Below are positions 37,301 to 45,559 of a stretch of 64,000 bases of DNA, one piece after another. The notes below the pieces were generated by a model, which was not told the DNA's origin, ran no database searches, and saw nothing but the letters and a program-made list of their open reading frames with translations. A program made the position numbers and the translations under genes. Source of the DNA: Bispira polyomma (taxonomy: Eukaryota); contig OZ287755.1 in assembly GCA_965649765.1 (NCBI GenBank), positions 48,670,001-48,734,000 on the forward strand, given 5' to 3'. The number at the start of each line of letters is the position of its first letter. Position 1 is the first letter of the stretch.

Positions 37301-39869
37301 CTTAATGAACAAGAAGAAAACACCCCATTAGTGTTTCGTAAAGAATTGTTTTGACATAAAGTTCAACATACAAGTTGATACCTGTGTGGTATTTATTTCA
37401 TGCTGGTGTTTTTCTACAGGTCAGCAGCTGACCGTCGGCTGTCTTAGCGCCCAAGGGGGCACTTTTTTTCTTTCATTGTTACACAATAACATCCACCTGT
37501 ACACCTGTAGTTCTTCATTTTAAACACTTGCCCACTGCGGTAGAACCTATGTTATCCAAACATTATGGGAGAGCAGAGTTTCTGTTTGGAAAAAAAAGAA
37601 GGTTCATCAAATAGAAGAGCCATACTAACTATAAACCCCTGTGTTTTGGCGTGGTGTGGTCAGTGGTCATTGTTTGCTTATTACAGGACAGTGGCCATCA
37701 CCTCTACTGCTGGGACAAGTGTCTGACCTAATGTGTGTGGTTAGTGTGTGGTCAGTGTGTGGTTAGAGTGTGGTCAGTGTGTGGTCAGTGTGTTTGAATG
37801 TGTCCTCTGTTTATTACAGGACAGTGACCGTCACCTCCACTACTGGGACAAGTGTCTGGCCTCCTGTGTGTGTGGTCAGTGTGTAGTCAGTGTGTGGTCA
37901 GTATGTGGTCAGTGTGTATGTGGTCAGTATGTGGTCAGTATGTGGCCAGTGTTTGACTGTGTCCTCTCTTTGTTACAGGACAGTGACCGTCACCTACCTC
38001 CACTGCTGGAACAAGTGTCTGGCCTCCTGTGTGTGTGGTCAGCGTGTGGTCAGAGTGTGGTCAGTGTTTTACTGTGTCCTCTGTTTATTACAGGACAGTG
38101 ACCGTCACCTCCACTGCTGGGACAAGTGTCTGGCCTCCTGTGTGTGTGGTCAGTGTGTGGTCAGAGTGTGGTCAGTGTTTTACTGTGTCCTCTGTTTATT
38201 ACAGGACAGTGACCGTCACCTCCACTGCTGGGACAAGTGTCTGGCCTCCTGTGTTGACGTCCTCAGACAGGCTAATGACACTTTCAACGCCATCGACAGC
38301 ATGTCTGTGTGTAGGGAAGTGGTAGAAAGTAGCCGTGGGAAGGAGTATCTGGAGGGGGTGACTGAGATCTTTAGAGTGGGCAGTAGGATACGGCTGGCCA
38401 TGCACGGACTGAGTAAGTGGATGTGTGGCTGTGTGTGTGTGTGTAGCTGTGTGTTTGCCGTGTATGTGTGGGGATGTTATGGAGAGATGGTGGAGTTTAT
38501 GACGTCTTCATTAAGTCCAATTGAATTAAAACTCTGTTGAGTGAATTCCCCTTTAATATAGAGAGTAATCTGCAGTCCATAAAAGGCCTTTGAAGGAATA
38601 TTATAGTTAATCCTCTATTATCGCCCACGGAGCCGGAAATTGGGGGACATCAGTTTGTTTAATCCACATTTTTGGATGAACAGAGTTCGGATAAACAAAA
38701 TTATTCTGTATGTGTTAATAACTGTTATACCTTTAATGATGTGCTAAATCTATGTTGCTGACACACTAAGTGTATGTAAGCACATGCTTTAGTAAGTGGT
38801 TAATCTCATGCCAACTGCATGTTAATATGATGCTAAGTATATGCTAATGAGATGCTAATTCTATGCTAATGCCTTGTACAGCCACACGTGTGTATGTTTG
38901 TAGCTATGAGCTCTGATGATTTAGAAGAACACCAGAAAGAACTTCACAACCTGTGGAACAACTTGATCTCCTTCATGGCCAACTCTGATATCATGGTAAC
39001 CGTATTCATAGTATTTACTCTTCATTTCGTGTAATCATCACATATTCTTAATTGTGGATTGATCTTTGGGATTTGCGGTGGCAAATAATACATGTCATAT
39101 TCAAGATACGTCTTTAAAGTACAAGGTTTTATGTCTTTTTTTTTTTTTTGACTGATTTTAGTCGTTTTTCATTTTTGATTAAACTAAATTTTAGATTTCG
39201 TAAAATGACAAGTGGTCACAGGCAAGTTGCGATAGGAGTCAAAATTGCTGATTTTGCAGATTGTAACAAATATACCAAACTTATGTTAAACCTTTAGCAC
39301 GGTTAGTTAATTAGCTGTTATTATTGTGTATTTTCCAGCTCAGTTATATAACCATTACTATTGCAATCAATCAGTCTCATAAAAATTCAGCACGTTACTG
39401 TATAAGCTAAAAGGCCAAGGTCTGATAGTCCAGACAAACACTGAATATATGCTAGATGTGATGATTTTCCAACTGATCTTATAAGATACACTTGTTGAGA
39501 GTATATTTTCTTCACATCTACAATATACACATATTCCCTGTATGTTACACTATGTACTTTTAAGCTCCAGCTCTGTTGGTTAATTAGTTAGTCACCTGTT
39601 ACTATTGTGTATTTTTCCAGCCGACCTCCCAGTCCCTGACCTTTAAGAAAGCCCTGATCAGGAAGAAGGGAGAGGAGAACCTGAGTGAGCGTCTGTGTGG
39701 AGTCTGCCTATTGGATGTCGACATCTACTCAGACAGTGAGGCGGCCAATCAGGAGTCAGGAAACAAGCTGAGCTATGGGGGCCGGCAGTACCATGCCCCA
39801 TGTGCTAATTTCTGGGTCAACTGTGTGGACTCTATGTTACCTGCCTTAAAGATACCAGACTTGTTGTGA
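18850..39869 (+). CDS. SYNRG: Synergin gamma (AP-1 gamma-adaptin-binding EH-domain protein), 20 coding exons, 1423 aa
   Basis: join(18850-19366,20001-20056,21030-21118,21996-22077,22846-22996,23295-23516,24016-24201,25472-25670,26119-26281,27537-27666,29217-29387,30258-30425,31283-32095,34167-34274,34722-35208,36267-36367,36805-36884,38205-38412,38904-38995,39621-39869). All introns are GT-AG and phases are consistent. PYTPDMAK + coiled coil, EH domain, DDFADF motifs and the C-terminal CGVCLLDV...YGGRQYHAPCANFWVNCV...PDLL match vertebrate synergin gamma as recalled. Confidence 0.95.
19672..19921. mobile_element. piggyBac-type MITE
   Basis: TTAA|CCCTTTCGA...TCGAAAGGG|TTAA; related copies at ~41362-41792, ~59750-60042 and ~62170-62408. 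Confidence 0.85.
20001..20056 (+). CDS. SYNRG: SYNRG coding exon 2 (GHPQMRPTSGNMPGQRMTQ)
   Basis: tttttacag acceptor, gtcagt donor, phases 1/0. Confidence 0.85.
20568..20930. repeat. 55-bp minisatellite, ~6.5 copies
   Basis: attgtatatttatagtatggtacatactgttttctgtaactgtattactaatgtg repeated head to tail. Confidence 0.95.
21030..21118 (+). CDS. SYNRG: SYNRG coding exon 3 (FVPSTTGQFGVVRPPPYTPDMAKDFVTKQ)
   Basis: Conserved YTPDM motif; canonical splice sites. Confidence 0.9.
21996..22077 (+). CDS. SYNRG: SYNRG coding exon 4, coiled coil (ILQREQRKLIEKQRKRMEEEFKHRQFQ)
   Basis: Phases 2/0; similar to the vertebrate EEERKRRQF segment. Confidence 0.9.
22169..22391. mobile_element. Tc1/pogo-type MITE, same family as 6997-7210
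   Basis: TA|gagtaaggaatctaaaattggccactgtat ... atacagtggccaattttagattgcttactc|TA. Confidence 0.8.
22846..22996 (+). CDS. SYNRG: SYNRG coding exon 5 (ETQKRLKEFSAIGG...GPMH)
   Basis: ctctcag acceptor, gtaggt donor, phases 0/1. Confidence 0.9.
23295..23516 (+). CDS. SYNRG: SYNRG coding exon 6 (contains EDDFADF)
   Basis: Phases 1/1; DFxDF motif. Confidence 0.9.
23625..23790 (-). mobile_element. LINE/SINE 3'-tail fragment (gctataaaagtttgattaga family)
   Basis: Related to 27695-27830 (-) and 41190-41335 (+). Confidence 0.55.
24016..24201 (+). CDS. SYNRG: SYNRG coding exon 7 (DLTSMMFECSDLTAPK...LTELFTLP)
   Basis: Phases 1/1; both boundaries are duplicated into the flanking introns. Confidence 0.85.
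24202..25240 (+). repeat. Tandem array derived from the exon 7 3' end and donor site
   Basis: 8 further copies of ggtcaggtgacacagagcagctgactgaactgtttacactgccag|gt interleaved with (aagtaggtcaagtgtggtcaggtgacatggtg) subunits. Confidence 0.92.
25472..25670 (+). CDS. SYNRG: SYNRG coding exon 8, start of EH domain (LPKWLTGEKPVPDVYSMVLEACT)
   Basis: Phases 1/2; similar to vertebrate PPWIYNESLVPDAYKKILE. Confidence 0.92.
25770..26106 (+). mobile_element. tRNA-derived CORE-like SINE filling most of the EH-domain intron
   Basis: B box ggttcgatcct at ~25839; CORE-like ccttggacaagg...ggtgtataaatgggtacc; (acattt)n tail ending 12 nt before the exon. Confidence 0.75.
26119..26281 (+). CDS. SYNRG: SYNRG coding exon 9, EH domain core (IDTGMLYPILL...LGHLWTLCNKQTPGQL...LAMVTVAQ)
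   Basis: EH-domain signature matching synergin gamma IDTAKLYPIL...GQIWALAN. Confidence 0.95.
27537..27666 (+). CDS. SYNRG: SYNRG coding exon 10 (NKMDINSLDILLQCAEAPVPDL...)
   Basis: Phases 0/1; gtgagt donor. Confidence 0.9.
28238..28642. repeat. 23-bp minisatellite (aaagcttagtccatgcctgtttg)n, ~17.5 copies, inside a Harbinger-like MITE starting at 28111
   Basis: Head-to-tail 23-bp units; preceded by the gggccgaattcacaaaagg MITE terminus. Confidence 0.92.
29217..29387 (+). CDS. SYNRG: SYNRG coding exon 11 (contains DDDFADFKSA)
   Basis: Phases 1/1; DFxDF motif. Confidence 0.9.
29410..29680. mobile_element. Interspersed non-autonomous element
   Basis: Colinear with ~61855-62130 (ctattcaccagtgccat...cagcag...gcacacag...tagtacaattact). 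Confidence 0.55.
29715..30125 (+). mobile_element. L2 LINE 3' fragment
   Basis: GAHAFSVAAQTLWNNLP-like ORF2 end followed by 3' UTR and an atcat-type tail. Confidence 0.6.
30258..30425 (+). CDS. SYNRG: SYNRG coding exon 12 (EDFGEFK...EDKYAALR)
   Basis: FGEF and DKYAAL motifs; cagtag NAGNAG acceptor; phases 1/1. Confidence 0.9.
31283..32095 (+). CDS. SYNRG: SYNRG coding exon 13 (FADFGAF, DDFGDFADF, DKMSSLKAL, WADF)
   Basis: 813-nt open exon with multiple gamma-ear motifs; G|GTAAGT donor. Confidence 0.92.
32143..33220 (+). mobile_element. Helentron-associated non-autonomous element (HINE/DINE-1-like)
   Basis: 5' subTIR agacgtttg with adjacent IR (acgtttgtgc-gt-gcacaagcgt); 3' subTIR caaacgtct; 3' palindrome cggcc-att-ggccg followed by a T-run/cttgtt; T-rich flanks. 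Confidence 0.7.
34167..34274 (+). CDS. SYNRG: SYNRG coding exon 14
   Basis: Strong acceptor, gttagt donor, 108 nt, phases 1/1. Confidence 0.85.
34722..35208 (+). CDS. SYNRG: SYNRG coding exon 15 (DSQSMKSLDLP, SQSVSSLDF)
   Basis: Phases 1/2; S(V/M)KSLDLP motif recalled from synergin gamma. Confidence 0.9.
35490..36045. repeat. 41-bp minisatellite, ~13 copies
   Basis: ataggtgtacactgtgatttacactaacactgatatgacca repeated, degenerating at the 3' end. Confidence 0.95.
36267..36367 (+). CDS. SYNRG: SYNRG coding exon 16 (SVGSLDF...EEGFGEF)
   Basis: Phases 2/1; FGEF motif. Confidence 0.9.
36805..36884 (+). CDS. SYNRG: SYNRG coding exon 17
   Basis: Phases 1/0; gtaagg donor. Confidence 0.85.
37640..38204 (+). 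repeat. Tandem array of the exon 18 acceptor plus first ~45 coding nt (4 upstream copies)
   Basis: ttacag|gacagtgaccgtcacctccactgctgggacaagtgtctggcctcctgtg at 37687, 37820, 37979 and 38094, separated by (gtgtggtca)n. Confidence 0.92.
38205..38412 (+). CDS. SYNRG: SYNRG coding exon 18 (WDKCLASC...ANDTFNAI...GKEYLEGVTEIFRV)
   Basis: Conserved C-terminal helical domain; phases 0/1. Confidence 0.93.
38904..38995 (+). CDS. SYNRG: SYNRG coding exon 19 (LWNNLISFM)
   Basis: Matches vertebrate VWNNLIGFM; phases 1/0. Confidence 0.93.
39621..39869 (+). CDS. SYNRG: SYNRG terminal coding exon (CGVCLLDV...YHAPCANFWVNCV...IPDLL*)
   Basis: Diagnostic synergin gamma C-terminus; TGA at 39867-39869. Confidence 0.95.
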   Translation, partial: PTSQSLTFKKALIRKKGEENLSERLCGVCLLDVDIYSDSEAANQESGNKLSYGGRQYHAPCANFWVNCVDSMLPALKIPDLL

Positions 39870-39895
39870 GGCGAGAGGTGGAGAACTGGTGATGC

Positions 39896-40236
39896 CGGTG
39901 TACGGACAAGTCCCCACCAGGAGAAGTCCCCATCAGTATAGGTCCCCATCAGTAAAATTCCCCACCAGAAGAAGTCCCTAGCAGCCTTATTGAGGGGGAG
40001 GAGAAGTCCCCATCAATTTAAAAAAACAAACAAAAAACAATTAGTATATTTATAAGTACAGCTGTACAATAGAGTACCTTTGAAGTTTCAATAAACAAAT
40101 CTTACCTGAGTAACTTTAACATTGCAATTCGATAGTTAATCAAAGTTAATCAATTTCTACCTCTTTTTTTTTTGTATTTGTTATTTTGAATATTTTCTGA
40201 TGGGGACTTCTCCTGGTGGAGACTTATCAGGGATTC
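39896..40236. mobile_element. MITE with tandem-repeat TIRs (aagtccccaccaggag) in the SYNRG 3' UTR
   Basis: aagtccccaccaggagaagtccccatcag (39908-39936) is inverted against ctgatggggacttctcctggtggagactt (40197-40225). Confidence 0.65.
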
Positions 40237-42507
40237 GTGGATTCCATGCTGCCGGTATTGGAGATAGCCAACTTGCATTGATCTAGGTGGACAGTTGGAG
40301 GTGGGGGTAGGACTATGTAGATTCCATGCTATTTGCTGTGAAGAGACCGAGCTGTTGTGATTGGAAAAAGACGTGGTTGGCAGAATTCGTCTGTGTGGAA
40401 GGGGATGGTGTGGGATGTGGGCGATGGAGAGTGTCAGGGGTGGGATGGGGCATGATGAATTACATGAATTTCAGGCAGGAGAGAGGGGGGGGGGGGGGGG
40501 GGGGGGGCTTGAATTTACATGCCACCTGCACTGAAGGTACCAGGCCTGATGAAAGATTATAGATAGACAATTGGCTGGTGTATTCAGTACTGTCAGCCCT
40601 TCAACTGACAGATATCTTATGATGTAGATGTATAACTGAGGGGGGGATACCGGGGTGGGGGGGGGAGTGTGGGGCTGGCTTCAGTTAGGTTGGTGAGGGG
40701 GGGGGGGGGGGTAAGGGGAATAAAAGAGGGGAGGGGGCATGTTTTGGGTGGGATAAGAGAAAGGAGGGTGGGGGGGCAGAAGGGTTTGTTTGGGTTGTTT
40801 ATTGAGAACTAAAATACATTCCACTCCACAGATTACGGTGACTCGAGAGTTTTTGTGTTCTAGTATTCTAGTGTTGTTCTACAGTCCTAAGCGTATGTGT
40901 GTGAGTCGTTATATATTAAAGTATAAATATGTTTAATATTAAACTTTGTTTTTTTTTGTTGTTTCCTAAAAAAGCACAATCTATATGGTGTTTCACTAGT
41001 CATTATATCAATATGCACATAATCCTGATCAGGTTGTCTTTTAGATTCCAGTCTACTCCTCTTCAATTCACAAATCCAAAATTTATTTCGATCATAGTTT
41101 CTCCCACAGTGCACCACAACAATCGAAGAGTCTGCCGCAAGAAATTTGTGCTACTCCTATTTGGTCATCCTTTAGAAGCAAACTGAAGACCTAATGGTTT
41201 TCCTAGTTACGTATTCGATCTGGCGTCTCCTGTGATACGACCCCTTTCGTTACAAGACCTGAAAATGATCATGATACATGCACCTTAGAATTCACCTTAC
41301 AATCCAAGTGCTATAAAAGTTTGATTAGATAGTTATGACTAACTTCTACTTGAACCTAATTAAACCCTTTCGACACGAAGCAAAAAAATATTGCTGAGAA
41401 CTGAAGGAAATTTATCAGTGATAGGTTACAGATAGACTCACTAAAACACACACCACAGACTGCTTCCGGCAGCTTTCAGCCCTGGGTTTCATCCACTATT
41501 AAATCTGGCCATCGTTATATGCATGACCAAAGCTGTTAAAAGCGACTAACTAAATAAATTAAAAGCAATAATAGTGTAGATTGTGTCAGGTTATAGACTG
41601 AAAATTACTCTGGTAAATTGTTGATGTTTTGTCTGTTTACAATTTTTTTTCAAAACGAAGAAGTGTGCTGTACTAACATTTTGGAAAATAATATTTTTAA
41701 GGGGTGTCGACTGCTTACCGATAGATACAGGTTCTGGGAGTAATGCATGCTGTTGACTGCTAGCTAACAGACATAGAGGTCAAAAGGGTTGAAAATAGTG
41801 GTTTGAATATTGGGACCAGAAAATGAATTCCATGTGTACAGAGAAATCTGATTTACACTGGTTGTGGTTACAGAAATTCTATAGTCTACAGAATTGTTGC
41901 CATAGATATCCGACAATCAGATCATAGACACAAACCTGTCCTGTTCTATATTAGTAAAACTCTGATATCTGGGGCTGGTATTCACAAAGATAACCTACTC
42001 TTAAATGTATTGTCTCAAGCAATTTGTATAGCTGAAAATAATTTCAAAAATAATGTGTGATTGACTGAGACTAAACAAATTTCTTTGAATGTTTTTGAAT
42101 ACGGCCCTTGAGTTGGTTTATACTTAATTGTTGATACTTGAAATCAAACAGTTGGGATGACATTTATAAAAAGTCCACACCTAAATAGTGTACAGTCAAA
42201 CCCTGTTAAGTAGAACTCTGTCAAGTCATTTGCTCAATTTCTCTTCATGCAGAGAAGCATCTTTAGTCCCACAAAGGACTTTTCTTTTCTAAGAAATTTA
42301 CAGTAATGTTGACTATTGCAGTATCTTATGAGCTCAGTTGTAGTTTCAAATAAGTAAAACAGAAAAATTAAAAAAAATTTTATTGTATACTTGACTAATA
42401 GTGGAACTTCATTTCAGTGAACTTATTTTTACAAAAGTTGAATTTGCTGAAATTTTCTCACAGCAAAAATCTCTACTTTATACAACAGTATAGACTTTAT
42501 GCAATAG

Positions 42508-42720
42508 TAGGGGGTCGTGGTGGCCTAGTGATTAAAAGTGCTTGCTGCCCAATCACTGATCTCTCAACAATGTGGGTTCAAAACCTGTTAATTTCCTCAT
42601 GTGTGGGAAAGTTTGTGAGGTACTTGCAATAGGTTAGTGGTTTATACAATGTCTTCACAGCACTCGTTTCATCCACCATTAAATGTGGCCATTGTGATAT
42701 GCACAAACTAAGTTGTTAAC
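42508..42720 (+). mobile_element. tRNA-derived SINE (V-like core)
   Basis: A box tggcctagtga, B box ggttcaaaacc, core gtgggaaagtttgtgaggtacttgc...ccaccattaaa. Confidence 0.7.
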
Positions 42721-43050
42721 GGAAATGTACAAATTTAAAGCAATAATAGTGCATGGTGTATGGTTATAGACTAAAAATTACTCGGGGTTAATCGTTGATG
42801 TTTTGTCTGTTTATAGAAAAACAAAGTGTTGGAATGTAGTTGAAAATTTCAGTTTGTGTGATATTATGTACATGTATTATGTATATGTCCAGACAATACA
42901 AATATTATATTATGTAGATATTTGTTTTCTTTATAGTTAAATCTTTTCACCACAACAGCCATTGTATCGGCTATAAGGTATTGTCTTATACATGGGGGCA
43001 TCTGAGTTTTGGCTGATAAATGTCCGGGCTAGGCTGAGAAAGTTCATATT

Positions 43051-43785
43051 AAAAACAAGATCTGAATGCCTGTAATGGGCATGTTGTCAGCATCCTTCTC
43101 ATCGATGACCTTAATGAATGCAGTTTAACCTTGAACCTTACCACTAAGATTGTTGAGTCACACAAAAATACCCTAGCCAGTTTAATAGTAGTAATATTTT
43201 TTGAGATATAACACAAAAATACTGGAAATTTATCTTCATCACCCCAATTTGACCTTGAATCCGAGCTCAGAGATCAAATCTGATTAAGGAGGACTACAGA
43301 GATACCATGTAGCAAGTTTGGTGGCATTCCAAGTAATAATTTTTGAGATATAAACAAAATACGTAAAATTGACCTTTATGACCCCCGTTTGACTTTGAAC
43401 CCAAGGTTACAGGTCAAATCTGACTAGTGCATTACATTTTCTTACTTAGGTTTCCTGTAGGCTCACAATACATTTCTAGTCTCTAAACCCAATAGTTAAT
43501 AAGATATAAAGCAAAACGTGAAAATTAAGAGGCAGAAAAGTGACCTTGATACAGATATGTATGGTTGAAAAGCTTTAGAACTCTAGTTTGACCTTGAACT
43601 CTATGTCGTAGGTTAAATCTGACCAGTGCATTAGATTACCTGACCCTGGTTTCCTTTAGGCTCACAATACATTTCAAGTCTCAGAACTACTGTTTACATT
43701 TTTAACTAATGTAAACTTTCATGTTGTACTCGTTTCGTAATATAAAGGACCTGGAATCGACCCCAGCCTGGAGCAATCAAGTACA
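43051..43785 (-). mobile_element. Helentron/pearl-like non-autonomous element with internal gaccttga tandem repeats
   Basis: aaaaacaag terminus; repeated tttgaccttgaa...ggtcaaatctga...ttttgagatata blocks typical of invertebrate HINE/CvA-like elements. Confidence 0.6.
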
Positions 43786-45559
43786 GTTAGCTACATATAT
43801 ATAGTGACTTGGGTAACAATTTCAAATGGCGGTCCTCCCATTATTGGGTCTTATGGGTTTCTGGAATGTTGATAATGGTTCATGGAATTTTGCTCAGATT
43901 TTTAGCTTTTAATTTTTTGTTCAGTTACATGAAATGTCAAATATTTCAATAACTGGCATATCTACAGTTTGCTGAGAAAGCTAATCTTAGTCCATTCCAA
44001 GAGCTGACCATTGTATGCCTTAGTTATTGTAAGAGATAAACAGTCTACACCATATACTAAATATAGGCATCATGACCTAAATTAAAAAACCCACCAAAAA
44101 CCTTTACAATATGTTAGCTTTTTATACAATTGAATAAATTATACTTTATTGCTTTTCTGAAGATTCAGTTTGAACATTATACGTGTTGGATTATTTATCA
44201 AAGCAAAACACTTGGTGTGAATTATCTGTTTTGTGCGTAGATAATTTTTAAATTAGCTTCACAGTAGTAAAGCACCTAAATACGTTATGTTTTCATAAAT
44301 CTTTTCTTGTTTGTTTTGGTTTGTAGAATAGACACTGTACCAATTGCATTGAATCTTGCTATGGAAAAAAGTGGCCCATACTCGTAAAAACAGATTTAAA
44401 GTATCTTTCTGTTCTATAAATCATAAATTGTGTTCATTATAAAGGATATTGATGGGTTTACAATTGTATAGGAAGTGCTTAGCAGGTCATGGTTCTGATG
44501 TAAAGTCCCATTGGCTATAGGTTGACAGCATCTTATTAAGGTTTTACGTAAGTGGGCCGGCGTTTAAGAAATTGAAAAAAAAATTACTTGTGGAAATTTC
44601 CACTGTATTTTTAGAGCAATGGTAACAAGTTGCCTCTTTTTCATTTCTATGAGATTTGCACAAGACCAGTTTGGTACTTTTAGCACACATAACTGAATGT
44701 ACAGCCGAACTGTGTCAAGATCTGAAATCTTGAGAATCTGTTATCGTTGATTACACATTTTATTAACAGATTAAAAGGTGTCTTACATAGTTTTTACAGA
44801 GAAAACAGTTACTAAAAAGTGACAAGTCTCCATTGTGATGTTTTTGTATCTATTTACAACTACATCCATTTTCCCCCAAATTTAACCAAGACATCAGATA
44901 CATATACAAACGAGTGAATTTTAGGGAAAAAGAAGGTAACTATTATGATAGCTCATTGGATGTCTGACTCTTTATGGGTAACTAATGACCGTTAGCGTTA
45001 GTTGTGCTGACAAGGCGTTATCAAGGTATTATGATCGGAGAATGAACAGAAGATGGAAGAGGATTAAAAAAAAAAAAAATTTACCCCCACAAAAAAAAAG
45101 AAAAAAAAAGAAAGAAATTCAACCCCCCCGCCCCCCACCAAATTTTTTTTCAGCCTCCCCCCCACCCCAGAAAATTTTTTTTTAACACACAACCCCTCCC
45201 CCCCCCAATCCCCCCTCCCCCCAAAAAAGAAAAAAAAATTCAATCACCCCCACCTCCCACAAAAAATAAAAATCTTGTTACTTTCATTTTCATCAAAAAC
45301 AAAAGCTGTCTGGTAAAAGAGCAAATGTTTTACACTTATCGAGGGTGTTGATTATAAGGGACAAATATGAACCAGTATAAGTAGAGCACTTGTAGTGTAA
45401 TATATAGACTTCTATGACATAGACAAGGACTAAAAATCAACTTCTCTACGCCAATTCACAAACCTATATAATACATCTTCACCAGGCCTGAGATGCTGTC
45501 AAGTTAAAGTTCAGTTTACAACAACAGAATGTGTTTGAAATTGTCACCCAAGTCACTAT

